DNA of 64,000 bases, taken from Escherichia phage vB_EcoP_PhAPEC5. Made by a program: the position numbers and the translations under genes. Below the pieces are notes generated by a model. The model was not told the origin of the DNA. It did not search any database and was given only the letters and a program-made list of their open reading frames with translations. Location: the sequence record NC_024786.1; one strand, written 5' to 3'. Below are positions 46,517-55,738 of the stretch, one piece after another; the stretch's first letter is position 1, and each line of letters opens with the position of its first letter.

Positions 46517-47719
46517 TTACAGAGGAGCAACAGTCTTAATTACAGCCAGACGCTCTGGACGTTTAACCAGGATACCGTAGTACCACTTGATTGAACTGAA
46601 GCCAGTCTCACCATACGGGTCATTACGGTCAGCAGTTTCTTTACCCGGCATCTTAGTCATGATGGTGAACTTAACAGACTTACCATCAGTCTGGAAGCCA
46701 ATGGTAGAGAAGGAGTCATCACCAACTACCAGCATCGGGAACACGTCATAGTGTTCTTGGCCACTAACCATAGAAGAACGATAACCCGGGTTAGTAGTAG
46801 CTTGAGCACCAGCACCTGCCCAATGCAGCATCTCAGGAACCTGGATAATACGGAACTTATCGATACAACCAACTTCACCATTCATCAGAGTACCAGCATC
46901 AGCATAGTGCTGAATTTCGATGAATGCTTTATTACCGAACAGGTCTTTCATCGCTTTCAGTTCTGGAACCAGTTCAGAACCAACATACATTACACGAGTA
47001 CCACCAAGTACTTTGGTGTCAGTCAGTTTAGAACCAGTGATGATAGTAGTCTGAGTCGGGGTACGGTTCTCAGTAAGAATCTGGTCAAGACGCATCAGGT
47101 TCTTATAAGAAACTACAGACGGGGTAGCACCTTCACCAGTAATGGTGGCATCAGAGGTAGCAGCACCTGCATACAGTACAGTACCAGCAGCAGCCAACAG
47201 GTCTTTCTGGAGAACAGCTTCAGTCAGCTGTACAGCACCGTTCATCAGTTCACGAGACAGGTGTTCTTTCAGTTGGTCATCAGAATCAAAGTCCAGGGAC
47301 TCTTGAGTAAATTCGTAGAAGAAACCAAACTTATGGATAGAACCTTCACGGGACAGACGGGTAAAGCCTACACGGTTAACACGACCACCGTTCTCTGTCA
47401 GCAGAGGCAGTTTAGAGGTGATGTTACCAACGTCTCGGGAAGAACCATACAGGTTACCATTAACGATGGTAGCACCATTAGCATCAATACCCTGGTCGTT
47501 GATGTTCTTATCATCAAGCAGTGGAACGTACTCATACACCTTAACAGTCTTACCGTAGTTCTTCGGCATGTTGATGGTGTTAGCCAGTGGCATGAAGTAC
47601 TGGTCTTTACGAGACTGAATAATAGCTTTCTTCAGCCAGTAAAAGGTATTCATCTGGTCGGAACCAGCACCATCAATACTAGATTTCTGACCGTCAATCG
47701 GAGCGTTATAGTTTAACAT
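46517..47719 (-). CDS. major capsid protein
   Basis: 400 aa, matching the size of N4-type major capsid protein; position between scaffold-like acidic protein and upstream structural genes; highly expressed-type codon usage. Confidence 0.65.
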   Translation of the reverse strand: MLNYNAPIDGQKSSIDGAGSDQMNTFYWLKKAIIQSRKDQYFMPLANTINMPKNYGKTVKVYEYVPLLDDKNINDQGIDANGATIVNGNLYGSSRDVGNITSKLPLLTENGGRVNRVGFTRLSREGSIHKFGFFYEFTQESLDFDSDDQLKEHLSRELMNGAVQLTEAVLQKDLLAAAGTVLYAGAATSDATITGEGATPSVVSYKNLMRLDQILTENRTPTQTTIITGSKLTDTKVLGGTRVMYVGSELVPELKAMKDLFGNKAFIEIQHYADAGTLMNGEVGCIDKFRIIQVPEMLHWAGAGAQATTNPGYRSSMVSGQEHYDVFPMLVVGDDSFSTIGFQTDGKSVKFTIMTKMPGKETADRNDPYGETGFSSIKWYYGILVKRPERLAVIKTVAPL

Positions 47720-47735
47720 ATCATCTTATTCCTGT

Positions 47736-48956
47736 TTAAAGACTACCCGGTACTGGGAGTTTAGCGAAATCTTCATCACTCATAGCGAGTGGGTTTACAA
47801 TAGGTGTTGCTTTACGTGTAGCAGCCCGACTAGGGGAAGCTGCTTTAGCTTGCTCACTGTTAGCCAGAGTCTGCTTAGGTTGTGCTACACGCACTACCGG
47901 CTGAACCACTGGTTTAACTGCTTGTACCGGTTCTGGCTTAGCCACTCGATTAAATGCCCCTTGCTGTGCAAGGAGGTTACCGACGTGGTTATAAGCCTGA
48001 ATGAACGGAGTACCTACCGGAATCTGACCTAACATCTGAAGACGGTTCACTTCATTAGCAATGGTTTCATAAATACCATTCTCACGTTGTTCGTGAATAG
48101 TCTGTAGTAGGCCACGATTCTGGTAAAGAGCATCTTTACTGGCAGCATCCCATGTCGAGCCGATAACACCTAATGTAGCTTGTCCTTCTTGAGTAGACTT
48201 TAAGTCGTCAATTTCGGTTGCAAAATCTGCTTCGGTGTCGGTAACACGGTGATTGCCTCCCTGGTAGTTAATTTCATCTTCTGGGTTAAAGTCCAGAGGG
48301 TCTGTACCAGAGTCTTTCAACAACTTCTTAATGGCTTCAGGGTTCTTCTTATCCAAGTCAATCAGGTAAGAAAGTTTATCCTCATCCATCAAACTGTTGT
48401 TCTGTAACATCAGCAATACCTTACGGTACGGCTGTAGTTCTTGCATCTTGCGAGTATAGTTAGCACCCATCTGCATCAGGCTAATGGCCTCCTCCGGTGA
48501 ACGGGGAGTAATCATTTTACCGTTAGCTTTAAAAGGAGCCATCAACTTCTCGTAACCATCTTTATAGTTGAAGTCAGCAGGCAGACCTTCAGACTGTTTG
48601 CCTTCTTCATTCTGTTCCTGGCCTGGTTCAGTATTAGAAGGTTCAGCTTTAGTAATCGGCTTACCGTTACTATCAACTTCTGTGTCAACAACTTTATCAT
48701 CAACTTTATCAGAAGTTAAAGGATTTGCTGAATCTTCTTCATCAGGTTCAGTTTCAGGGGAGGTTTCTTCGGTTGGTAGGTCTTCAACAGCAGAGGTGTC
48801 AACTTCTTCATCAGGAGTCTGTACGCCGTTGGTTTCTGGGTTGTTCTGAGTGGAAGTATCTTCCTCAGCAATAATTGCTGGGGCTTCCATATTCAGAATC
48901 TCATCATCCGACATTGCGAGAATGTCGGAAGCTGTGGTTGCAGCTTCCGTAGTCAT
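47736..48956 (-). CDS. acidic scaffolding-like protein (putative)
   Basis: 406 aa, very acidic N-terminus (DEE/TE-rich); sits between portal and major capsid genes. Confidence 0.4.
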   Translation of the reverse strand: MTTEAATTASDILAMSDDEILNMEAPAIIAEEDTSTQNNPETNGVQTPDEEVDTSAVEDLPTEETSPETEPDEEDSANPLTSDKVDDKVVDTEVDSNGKPITKAEPSNTEPGQEQNEEGKQSEGLPADFNYKDGYEKLMAPFKANGKMITPRSPEEAISLMQMGANYTRKMQELQPYRKVLLMLQNNSLMDEDKLSYLIDLDKKNPEAIKKLLKDSGTDPLDFNPEDEINYQGGNHRVTDTEADFATEIDDLKSTQEGQATLGVIGSTWDAASKDALYQNRGLLQTIHEQRENGIYETIANEVNRLQMLGQIPVGTPFIQAYNHVGNLLAQQGAFNRVAKPEPVQAVKPVVQPVVRVAQPKQTLANSEQAKAASPSRAATRKATPIVNPLAMSDEDFAKLPVPGSL

Positions 48957-48975
48957 AGGAAATATCTCCGGTTAA

Positions 48976-49320
48976 TTATTCGTCTTCAGGTTCAGCACGA
49001 ACTACATCGAGTTCATCCTGTACCTGTAGAATAACATCAGCTTCACGTTCGCCCATACGAATGGCGAGGTCGAGCCAACGACGTAAGTGACCAGCAGCTT
49101 GAGCCATGTTCAGTGCATCTGCACGGTTGTTTGCTTCAAGCAGTGGGTCACCAGACTCTTGCACGTAACGTGCACAATCTTCTACACAGAACTGGCGAAG
49201 GATTACTTTACGGAACAGTGGGTTCTCCAGAAGTTTACGTACTTCTTCTGCATGTGCAACTGCACCTTTAGCAGATTCCAGTCGATGTTCCAGTCCAGCA
49301 ATTGTTAATTCTTTACTCAT
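48976..49320 (-). CDS. hypothetical protein
   Basis: 114-aa ORF between portal and scaffold-like genes. Confidence 0.35.
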   Translation of the reverse strand: MSKELTIAGLEHRLESAKGAVAHAEEVRKLLENPLFRKVILRQFCVEDCARYVQESGDPLLEANNRADALNMAQAAGHLRRWLDLAIRMGEREADVILQVQDELDVVRAEPEDE

Positions 49321-49333
49321 GTGAAGGTCTGCC

Positions 49334-51604
49334 TTACAGGTTCATGCCAAGAGCCGATGATGGGTCTTGACTAGGGTCATAGTATTGGGAACCAAGTGAA
49401 TAAGCTGGGTCTTGTTGAGCAGCTATGTCACGTTCTTGTGGAGAGTTCCCATCAGTCAAAGTATTATATCCAACAGCAGCAGATATGTTGGGGGTAGTTT
49501 CCCCTTCTTTAATGGGTGTTGTCAATGCCTTAGTTATCTGAAGGTTCTGGTTTCCTTGAGATTGTGCTTTTTGTTTTTCCATATCACGAGCATGTTTAGT
49601 ACCAGATTCCTGTTCCAGATAATCCAGGTCTTTAAGGTCACCAGCAGAAGCAGCCTCTTTAGCCTTAGCCATATTGAGTGCAATCTTGCTTTGTAACTCT
49701 TCATTCTCAAGCTGTGCTTTCTGAATTGCCAATTGCTTAAGCTGTTCTTCCATAGGGTCTGGCTGTGGTTGCCAAGTACGTAACTCATGAGCCAGGTCAG
49801 GCATACGTTTAAGTTCTGCAATCTTAGCTACAAGAGATAATGTAATAGTCTGGTCAACCGTATTACCCAATGTTTGAACCATGAAGCTCAAGTCCTGTGA
49901 CTTCTGGTTATCAATTTCAGCAGTGTTAATATCAACCTCAATGTCGAAGTTACCTTTAAGATCTTCACGGTTAATCTCTACATACTGTTCGTTAGTAATA
50001 CGTACTACTTCCTTCTCTGATAAGAACACAGCATTCATTGCGCAAATCTTAGTACCAATGTCTGCCATACCCTTAGCTAATCGACGAAGGATTGCCATCT
50101 CGCGTTTAGATGCTGCATCAAGTGCACCACGAATACCAGCAGCAACATCTCCATAAGCTGAACCAGTTACGCCACCAGAGAATGCTTTAACACCTGTTAG
50201 TGATTCAGCTTCCTGGTTTTGCATCTGAGTCATTACTATTGCCGACTGAGGTAACTCAGGGAACTTATGTTCCATAATGGACTGACTGGGGTTACCTTGC
50301 ATTGGGTTATATTCATAGTCTTGTCCATCATCATATCGACGACGGTTCAAAGTATCTAACATCCCTTTAGGATAACCACGCTGTCCGTTTGCACTTCGAC
50401 CCAGTAGGTCAATCATTCCACGCATAGTTGCACCAAGAATTGCTTGATTATCCCCTAACAGTTCAGCATCAGCTTCACCAAAGAGTTCACGTTTACGTGG
50501 CATGTATGGAACAACTACCAAAGGTAACTTACCATCAGGGAATGGGTTCTTCTCCATACGAATAAGGGTGGAACCAATCCAGGTAGCAACAATTGGTTCC
50601 AGTGAACCATCATCATCAATGTCGTAGAATCCCCAGTACTCATAAGCAACTACTTTCTTGCGTAGAGCATCCTTAAACTGGAAGTCACTAGGAGTTTTAC
50701 TTTCATGGTCTGGGTCAGTCATAGGACTGGAGCTTTCCCAGTCAATCTTATCTAGGTTGTGATAACGGTCTTTGTTCTTCATGAGGTCTGCTTTGCATGT
50801 CTCGAATGAGATAACTGCATACAGAGCCTTATCCAAATCACCATTACAGCTTGGGTCAATAACTACGTTGTTAGGGTTAAGCATCTCAACAGTAGGTCTG
50901 TTAACCAATGCCTTCTCTACTTCTACCTCAGTAACCCCAGTCTGGATTGCATATGTAGCTTCTCCAGTTTCATTGAAGTAGTTAACAGCTTCCTTGATAT
51001 CTTCTGGCATCGTCTCATCATACTCACGAGGATTCTCTGCCTGAAGCTGAAGAGCCTGTTGAAGAACATCTGCTTGTTCCTGGTTCTCAATTGGATACAA
51101 CTGAAATACCGGAGTTTCTGTTTTAATCTTAACAGTCTTACGTTCCCAACCGATACGAGCAATACCAGTACCATCATCTACGACACTATGTACGTAATCA
51201 TCTACCAGTTTTACTTTATTAAGCTGAGTACGGAATTGGTAGTTAAGCACTAACTCATTCTGACGTGCAGCTAACTCATCTTCAAAAGTAACAGGTGTTA
51301 GCTTAAAGAGTTTACTGGATGAGAGGAATGGTTCAGACAATGGTGCATAACGCCACTCTGCCTGACGGCGAACCAGTCTAGGTTGGACTTGTGAGCGTCC
51401 CTTAACCTTTGGGGGTTTAGCCTTACCCTTAACTTCCATCAAGTCATTCCACTCACGAATCTGTGACATGATTGCATCGTGAGCAGGTTTAGCTGATTCC
51501 AAATCACCCTTCAGTAATTGTATACTTGGTTCCTTCTTCCAGTCCGTTAGCTTCTCTGATTGAGCCGGGTCTGGTAAAGGCTTAAAAGTGTCTTGGTGTT
51601 CCAT
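49334..51604 (-). CDS. portal protein
   Basis: 756-aa ORF with size and position matching N4-type portal; C-terminal acidic/Gln-rich tail. Confidence 0.65.
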   Translation of the reverse strand: MEHQDTFKPLPDPAQSEKLTDWKKEPSIQLLKGDLESAKPAHDAIMSQIREWNDLMEVKGKAKPPKVKGRSQVQPRLVRRQAEWRYAPLSEPFLSSSKLFKLTPVTFEDELAARQNELVLNYQFRTQLNKVKLVDDYVHSVVDDGTGIARIGWERKTVKIKTETPVFQLYPIENQEQADVLQQALQLQAENPREYDETMPEDIKEAVNYFNETGEATYAIQTGVTEVEVEKALVNRPTVEMLNPNNVVIDPSCNGDLDKALYAVISFETCKADLMKNKDRYHNLDKIDWESSSPMTDPDHESKTPSDFQFKDALRKKVVAYEYWGFYDIDDDGSLEPIVATWIGSTLIRMEKNPFPDGKLPLVVVPYMPRKRELFGEADAELLGDNQAILGATMRGMIDLLGRSANGQRGYPKGMLDTLNRRRYDDGQDYEYNPMQGNPSQSIMEHKFPELPQSAIVMTQMQNQEAESLTGVKAFSGGVTGSAYGDVAAGIRGALDAASKREMAILRRLAKGMADIGTKICAMNAVFLSEKEVVRITNEQYVEINREDLKGNFDIEVDINTAEIDNQKSQDLSFMVQTLGNTVDQTITLSLVAKIAELKRMPDLAHELRTWQPQPDPMEEQLKQLAIQKAQLENEELQSKIALNMAKAKEAASAGDLKDLDYLEQESGTKHARDMEKQKAQSQGNQNLQITKALTTPIKEGETTPNISAAVGYNTLTDGNSPQERDIAAQQDPAYSLGSQYYDPSQDPSSALGMNL

Positions 51605-51612
51605 AGTTAATC

Positions 51613-52134
51613 CTATTCAAAAAGTTTACGGTCAGCCTGAATTTGTTTACCCAACTCAATTAGTTGGTTGTCACGGAGTCTAACAGTTGCCCGGAGTTCT
51701 TCAACCAAACGTCTGCCTTCTTCAAGACTGTTGTCGAGTCTGGCTGCATGGCTTGCAAGACTTCTGCACTCAAGGGTTCCGGCTTCGGCTTGACGTTGAT
51801 ATACCGATGCTCGTCTTTCAGACTGTTGCATCCGGCTGTCGTAATCACTGCTAACGCGAGCAAGCTCGCTTGCGTAATTACTCTCAGCCGTCTGCAACCG
51901 GGAAGTGAGTAACCCGACTTCATAACTATGGTTTCTTTGGAGAGCATTGTATTTGTCCTGTAGTTTTTGTGTTGCCTTCAGGTCTTCAACCTTTTGGGCA
52001 TCCCACTTCTTTTGAACAGTAGACTGTCCATTAGAATTGCCCCAAAAGTAAATGGTGGCCCCAAGGACCACCACCAGAAGATAAGGCCAACCTTTAGAGA
52101 TTAGCATCTTCATTACATGCCTCCAGTGGTACAT
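51613..52134 (-). CDS. Rz-like i-spanin
   Basis: N-terminal TM segment ([16 protein letters not shown]) followed by coiled-coil-rich periplasmic domain; adjacent to endolysin; contains embedded lipoprotein ORF. Confidence 0.6.
   Translation of the reverse strand: MYHWRHVMKMLISKGWPYLLVVVLGATIYFWGNSNGQSTVQKKWDAQKVEDLKATQKLQDKYNALQRNHSYEVGLLTSRLQTAESNYASELARVSSDYDSRMQQSERRASVYQRQAEAGTLECRSLASHAARLDNSLEEGRRLVEELRATVRLRDNQLIELGKQIQADRKLFE
51660..51923 (-). CDS. Rz1-like o-spanin (lipoprotein, embedded in Rz in an alternative frame)
   Basis: Signal peptide with lipobox-like TAGC ([14 protein letters not shown]), Pro-rich short mature part; entirely inside the Rz ORF. Confidence 0.55.
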   Translation of the reverse strand: MKSGYSLPGCRRLRVITQASLLALAVITTAGCNSLKDEHRYINVKPKPEPLSAEVLQAMQPDSTTVLKKADVWLKNSGQLLDSVTTN

Positions 52135-52729
52135 TACCGATTCGGTTAGCTACCCAACCATACGTAAAGTCTGGCATGTTCAATGAGGTGTAGTGGTTCA
52201 GTTGTTTAGCATCAAGTAACTTAATCATTACCTGACATGCTGCAACTTTGCCTCGTTTTTTCTGTAATGCTTTATATGCATTAACAGTACCTGCACCGAC
52301 TTTACCATCAACTTGTACTTTAGGGTAGTCTTTGCCATTACGGGACATTTCATTAAGAGATTGCTGCAACCACTTAGCTGGTCTAGTTACACCGGTATTA
52401 ACCCCAGCATCAACCAGTTTGTGTGTTACAGCAGGAGATATATCAGCGAAGGCTACGAAGTTAGGTTTAAGTACGTAGTCATCAATGTATATCTCAGCAG
52501 CCATCTCTTTAGATAAACCCCTCATGGAACCATCCCAACCATACTCAGTAGCCAGAACTTCTTTATGAGACTTAGCTACTGATTGGGTAATACCATGATT
52601 AGTTTCCCCACCTGGGTCACGAGGATTGTTTACGTACCCTCCTTCCATATAGAACACTGCCCCCAGAATAGCAGCGACAACTCCTCCCACTGCACCACCT
52701 TTTGCAGCAAGTTTCTGTTTAGCTTTCAT
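52094..52729 (-). CDS. endolysin, GH108-type N-acetylmuramidase with SAR-like N-terminus
   Basis: Motif EGGYVNNPRDPGGETNHGIT typical of glycoside hydrolase family 108; Gly/Ala-rich weakly hydrophobic N-terminal segment. Confidence 0.75.
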   Translation of the reverse strand: MKAKQKLAAKGGAVGGVVAAILGAVFYMEGGYVNNPRDPGGETNHGITQSVAKSHKEVLATEYGWDGSMRGLSKEMAAEIYIDDYVLKPNFVAFADISPAVTHKLVDAGVNTGVTRPAKWLQQSLNEMSRNGKDYPKVQVDGKVGAGTVNAYKALQKKRGKVAACQVMIKLLDAKQLNHYTSLNMPDFTYGWVANRIGNVPLEACNEDANL

Positions 52730-53045
52730 GAGAATCTTCCTTTGGATGGAATCGTATTAGTCTGCCTACAATGTTTAAGGCAAACAGTGCGATTGTAATA
52801 CTGGAACCATGTGGAATATCTTCAAGGATGTGACGAGGTAGTCCTGTCAGCATTGGTTGGATAATATCTACAGCAGAAAACAGAATTAATCCAAATGTAC
52901 TAATCTGAACAGATGCCCACTTCCAGGACTTCTTCCAGTTAGGTACTAGCCCTATCTTTCTTTTTAACCTGCAAACCATGCGAATATCTCCCGTCTTGCA
53001 GCAGCCAATACACCAATAATTGCACCTGCCCCAGCCCATACCCAC
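52719..53045 (-). CDS. holin-like membrane protein (putative)
   Basis: Two hydrophobic segments (FGLILFSAVDII, ITIALFALNIV) with charged C-terminus; directly upstream of endolysin. Confidence 0.35.
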   Translation of the reverse strand: MGMGWGRCNYWCIGCCKTGDIRMVCRLKRKIGLVPNWKKSWKWASVQISTFGLILFSAVDIIQPMLTGLPRHILEDIPHGSSITIALFALNIVGRLIRFHPKEDSHES

Positions 53046-53296
53046 TTACCAAAAATTCCAGCACCAGCAACTTTATGTTTAATGGTGATAAACTCTTCGA
53101 TGGTAGGTTCAGACTTAGTGATGCTCTCCTCTACCCGTTTAAGTCGGGTACTAAGGTCGCCCATAGACTCACTTAGCTTTTTAATAGACTCTTCCATTTT
53201 CTCCCTTTCTCCCGATTCACGAGTTTGGTTTTCGAAAATGTTTCTCAGTCTCTCTTCGAGTCTGGCTAGAGTTACGTTATCCGGTTCATTTCCCAT
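52964..53296 (-). CDS. coiled-coil protein with C-terminal TM segment (holin/antiholin candidate)
   Basis: N-terminal charged coiled-coil, C-terminal GAGIFGKWVWAGAGAIIGVLAAA TM-like segment; overlaps the next ORF by about 80 nt. Confidence 0.3.
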   Translation of the reverse strand: MGNEPDNVTLARLEERLRNIFENQTRESGEREKMEESIKKLSESMGDLSTRLKRVEESITKSEPTIEEFITIKHKVAGAGIFGKWVWAGAGAIIGVLAAARREIFAWFAG

Positions 53297-53553
53297 AGGG
53301 GATTTCTCAGGTTAGTTAAGTCAGGATTGACTGAAACAGTCTACATAAAGGATTGTTTGCGGTACAACAAAAACCCACCCCTACAGCCTAGTTGGCAGGT
53401 TGGAACCTGAAACATCGAGTAGCAATTGGGTCAACAGCAGTGAACACCAAAACAGTAAAACCCACATGGAGGCAATGAGCCTACGATGGGTCCCGATAAT
53501 TCAATACCCTTCTGATGATAAAACTAGCCCCACTTCGGTGGGGCTAGTTTTAA

Positions 53554-55689
53554 TTAAATCAATCCGTAAATGGTATTGTGTATTACGACGCCACCAACAA
53601 CAGAGGAAACGTTGAAATTAATTTCAGCTTTGTAAGCTCCTTGCGGAACGCAATCCACCAAAGCATAAAAGTTGAACGTGTTCCCTACTGGGATGATGTA
53701 CCCTATGGAATCTGCTACAGCATTCCCCAGCTGGTCCAAGAATCTCAATGACACCAGGGTGGTTGTTGTACTCTTAGACCAAAAACCAAATTGAAAGTAA
53801 CGCCCAGGTTCACAGTCAATAATTGTTTGGGTGAAGTTAGCTGCTGCGTCAACCGATGGCACAGATAAAACAAAAGAAGTTGAAAACATTAAATCATTAG
53901 GGACATCGTTTCCTACAGTAGCAGTGACAATGCCGGTTCCGGTTTGCGAGAGTGTCCAGTTAGATATGTTATTAAACTGCCCAGACCCATTACTAATACT
54001 ATTAATATAGGGGCTTACAATGCTTCCTAGATTCCAGTTAGTTGTGATGAATCCTGCACGGGGGAAGCACCCACGTGATGTAATCTTCTTACTAGAGCCA
54101 CCTACTAACTGACGGGTTGGAAATCCAGTACCTACAGTAGTGTTACCATACAGTGGAAGTGAGCAGTTATTAAAACTAACTACCCCGTCACCGTTACTAA
54201 CAATAGGCACTGTACTGTAGCCTTCCGGAAGCAGAAGCGTAGAATCTTTAATACTGAGTCGGGAGCTTCCATTCACAGTAAAGACTACAAAACTCTGCCC
54301 AGGTTGATACTCAATATTACCGTTAGCAAACACCAAGGTAGCATTATCACCCAATGCCATTACCGGGTCGAAGTAGCCTGCCTTTTTACCTGCTGGCAAT
54401 GAGCATGAATCAAAGATGAACTGCCCATTCTCAAAGGTAAATGGACCTCCATTATCAACCATCCAGCAGTGGTTGAACTTTATAACCTCACCTGCATTAG
54501 CCGGGGAATTAAAGATTACAGAGTTAGTAAAACTACGAGAAATGATGCACTTATCAAACAGGACACGATATGCATTATCTTTAAACTCAATACCCGCAGT
54601 AGATATAAACCCGCAGTTAGATATACGTAATTCTGCTACCTCCCTTGAGGTGCTACCACCCAAACACATCTTTCGAGCACCTTTACCTACAAAGGAGATT
54701 CCTGTTAATAAGGCGGTAGCATTAATGGCATCACGGGCTGTGTAATCTGTATTAGAGTTGGTTACGATTAAGTAATACTCCCCTGTTAAACCTTCCACTT
54801 CCGTAAGGGTACACTTATTAGCTCCTACTAAAGATCCCTTAGCCACATCCAGTACGATAGGTGCACTAATGGTCCCTGAGGTAGGTACAAGACAGTCGTA
54901 ACCGGCAGAGTTTACCTTGTTAATGAACGGAGCAATATCCCCCGTACCGGTATACCCAGCATCATACACGTCCACGGTGCCGTTGAAGAATTTCCTTTTC
55001 CATACCACCCCACTTCCTAAGAAGGTAACAATATTGTCTATAGTGGTATCCTCACTAACAGCTACCATAATACCACCACCAAGATTAAACCCGCTCACAT
55101 ACGAATCAAGGATTATGGAATCGCCGATTGATCCTGATAATGATGATAACTCAGAAACCGATGATGCAGTTCCTATATAAGATAAGCCATTTGGTTTATT
55201 TAAATCACTCCTAAGAGCGTCAACACCAACACTAACCCATGCTCCCAGATCAATTCCGCCAGTTGAGGATGGGGTAGTCCCAGCAGGAACCTCTTTAGGC
55301 AGTGCCCCATCCCAACGGTATTTACCATCAGTAAATACAACCAGTTCATTCTTAGCATTAACAGTTACGCCAGTAGCAAATGTATCGGGTAAGGTTACAT
55401 ACTCTTCCCGGGTAACAGCTAGAGCACCTAAGTCCACACTACCAGCAGAATGTACTAATATACCGGAAGTACTAAGACTTACAGCAGTAACCCCTGAATC
55501 AATGTCAGCAGGCAATGAGTAAGCTAGCTGAGTCGTCTTGTCATAAATAACTTTATAACCACTAAGCAGTGCACCAACCGAGAAGTAAACAACTTCGTTC
55601 TGCTTAACACCAAATTTACGGGCAATGGCTTGCTTATTGGTGAGAATACCAGTAGAGCCTTTACCGCCTTGTGAGAATAACTCGTTCAT
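53554..55689 (-). CDS. tailspike/tail fiber protein with beta-helix-like repeats
   Basis: 711 aa; Gly/Ser/Thr/Asn-rich with repeated hydrophobic beta-strand rungs (NCGFISTAGIEFKDNAYRVLFDKCIISRSF...). Confidence 0.55.
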   Translation of the reverse strand: MNELFSQGGKGSTGILTNKQAIARKFGVKQNEVVYFSVGALLSGYKVIYDKTTQLAYSLPADIDSGVTAVSLSTSGILVHSAGSVDLGALAVTREEYVTLPDTFATGVTVNAKNELVVFTDGKYRWDGALPKEVPAGTTPSSTGGIDLGAWVSVGVDALRSDLNKPNGLSYIGTASSVSELSSLSGSIGDSIILDSYVSGFNLGGGIMVAVSEDTTIDNIVTFLGSGVVWKRKFFNGTVDVYDAGYTGTGDIAPFINKVNSAGYDCLVPTSGTISAPIVLDVAKGSLVGANKCTLTEVEGLTGEYYLIVTNSNTDYTARDAINATALLTGISFVGKGARKMCLGGSTSREVAELRISNCGFISTAGIEFKDNAYRVLFDKCIISRSFTNSVIFNSPANAGEVIKFNHCWMVDNGGPFTFENGQFIFDSCSLPAGKKAGYFDPVMALGDNATLVFANGNIEYQPGQSFVVFTVNGSSRLSIKDSTLLLPEGYSTVPIVSNGDGVVSFNNCSLPLYGNTTVGTGFPTRQLVGGSSKKITSRGCFPRAGFITTNWNLGSIVSPYINSISNGSGQFNNISNWTLSQTGTGIVTATVGNDVPNDLMFSTSFVLSVPSVDAAANFTQTIIDCEPGRYFQFGFWSKSTTTTLVSLRFLDQLGNAVADSIGYIIPVGNTFNFYALVDCVPQGAYKAEINFNVSSVVGGVVIHNTIYGLI

Positions 55690-55738
55690 AACGACCTCTT
55701 TGTTTTTCTAGAAAACCCCTCAGAAGAGGGGATTATTT

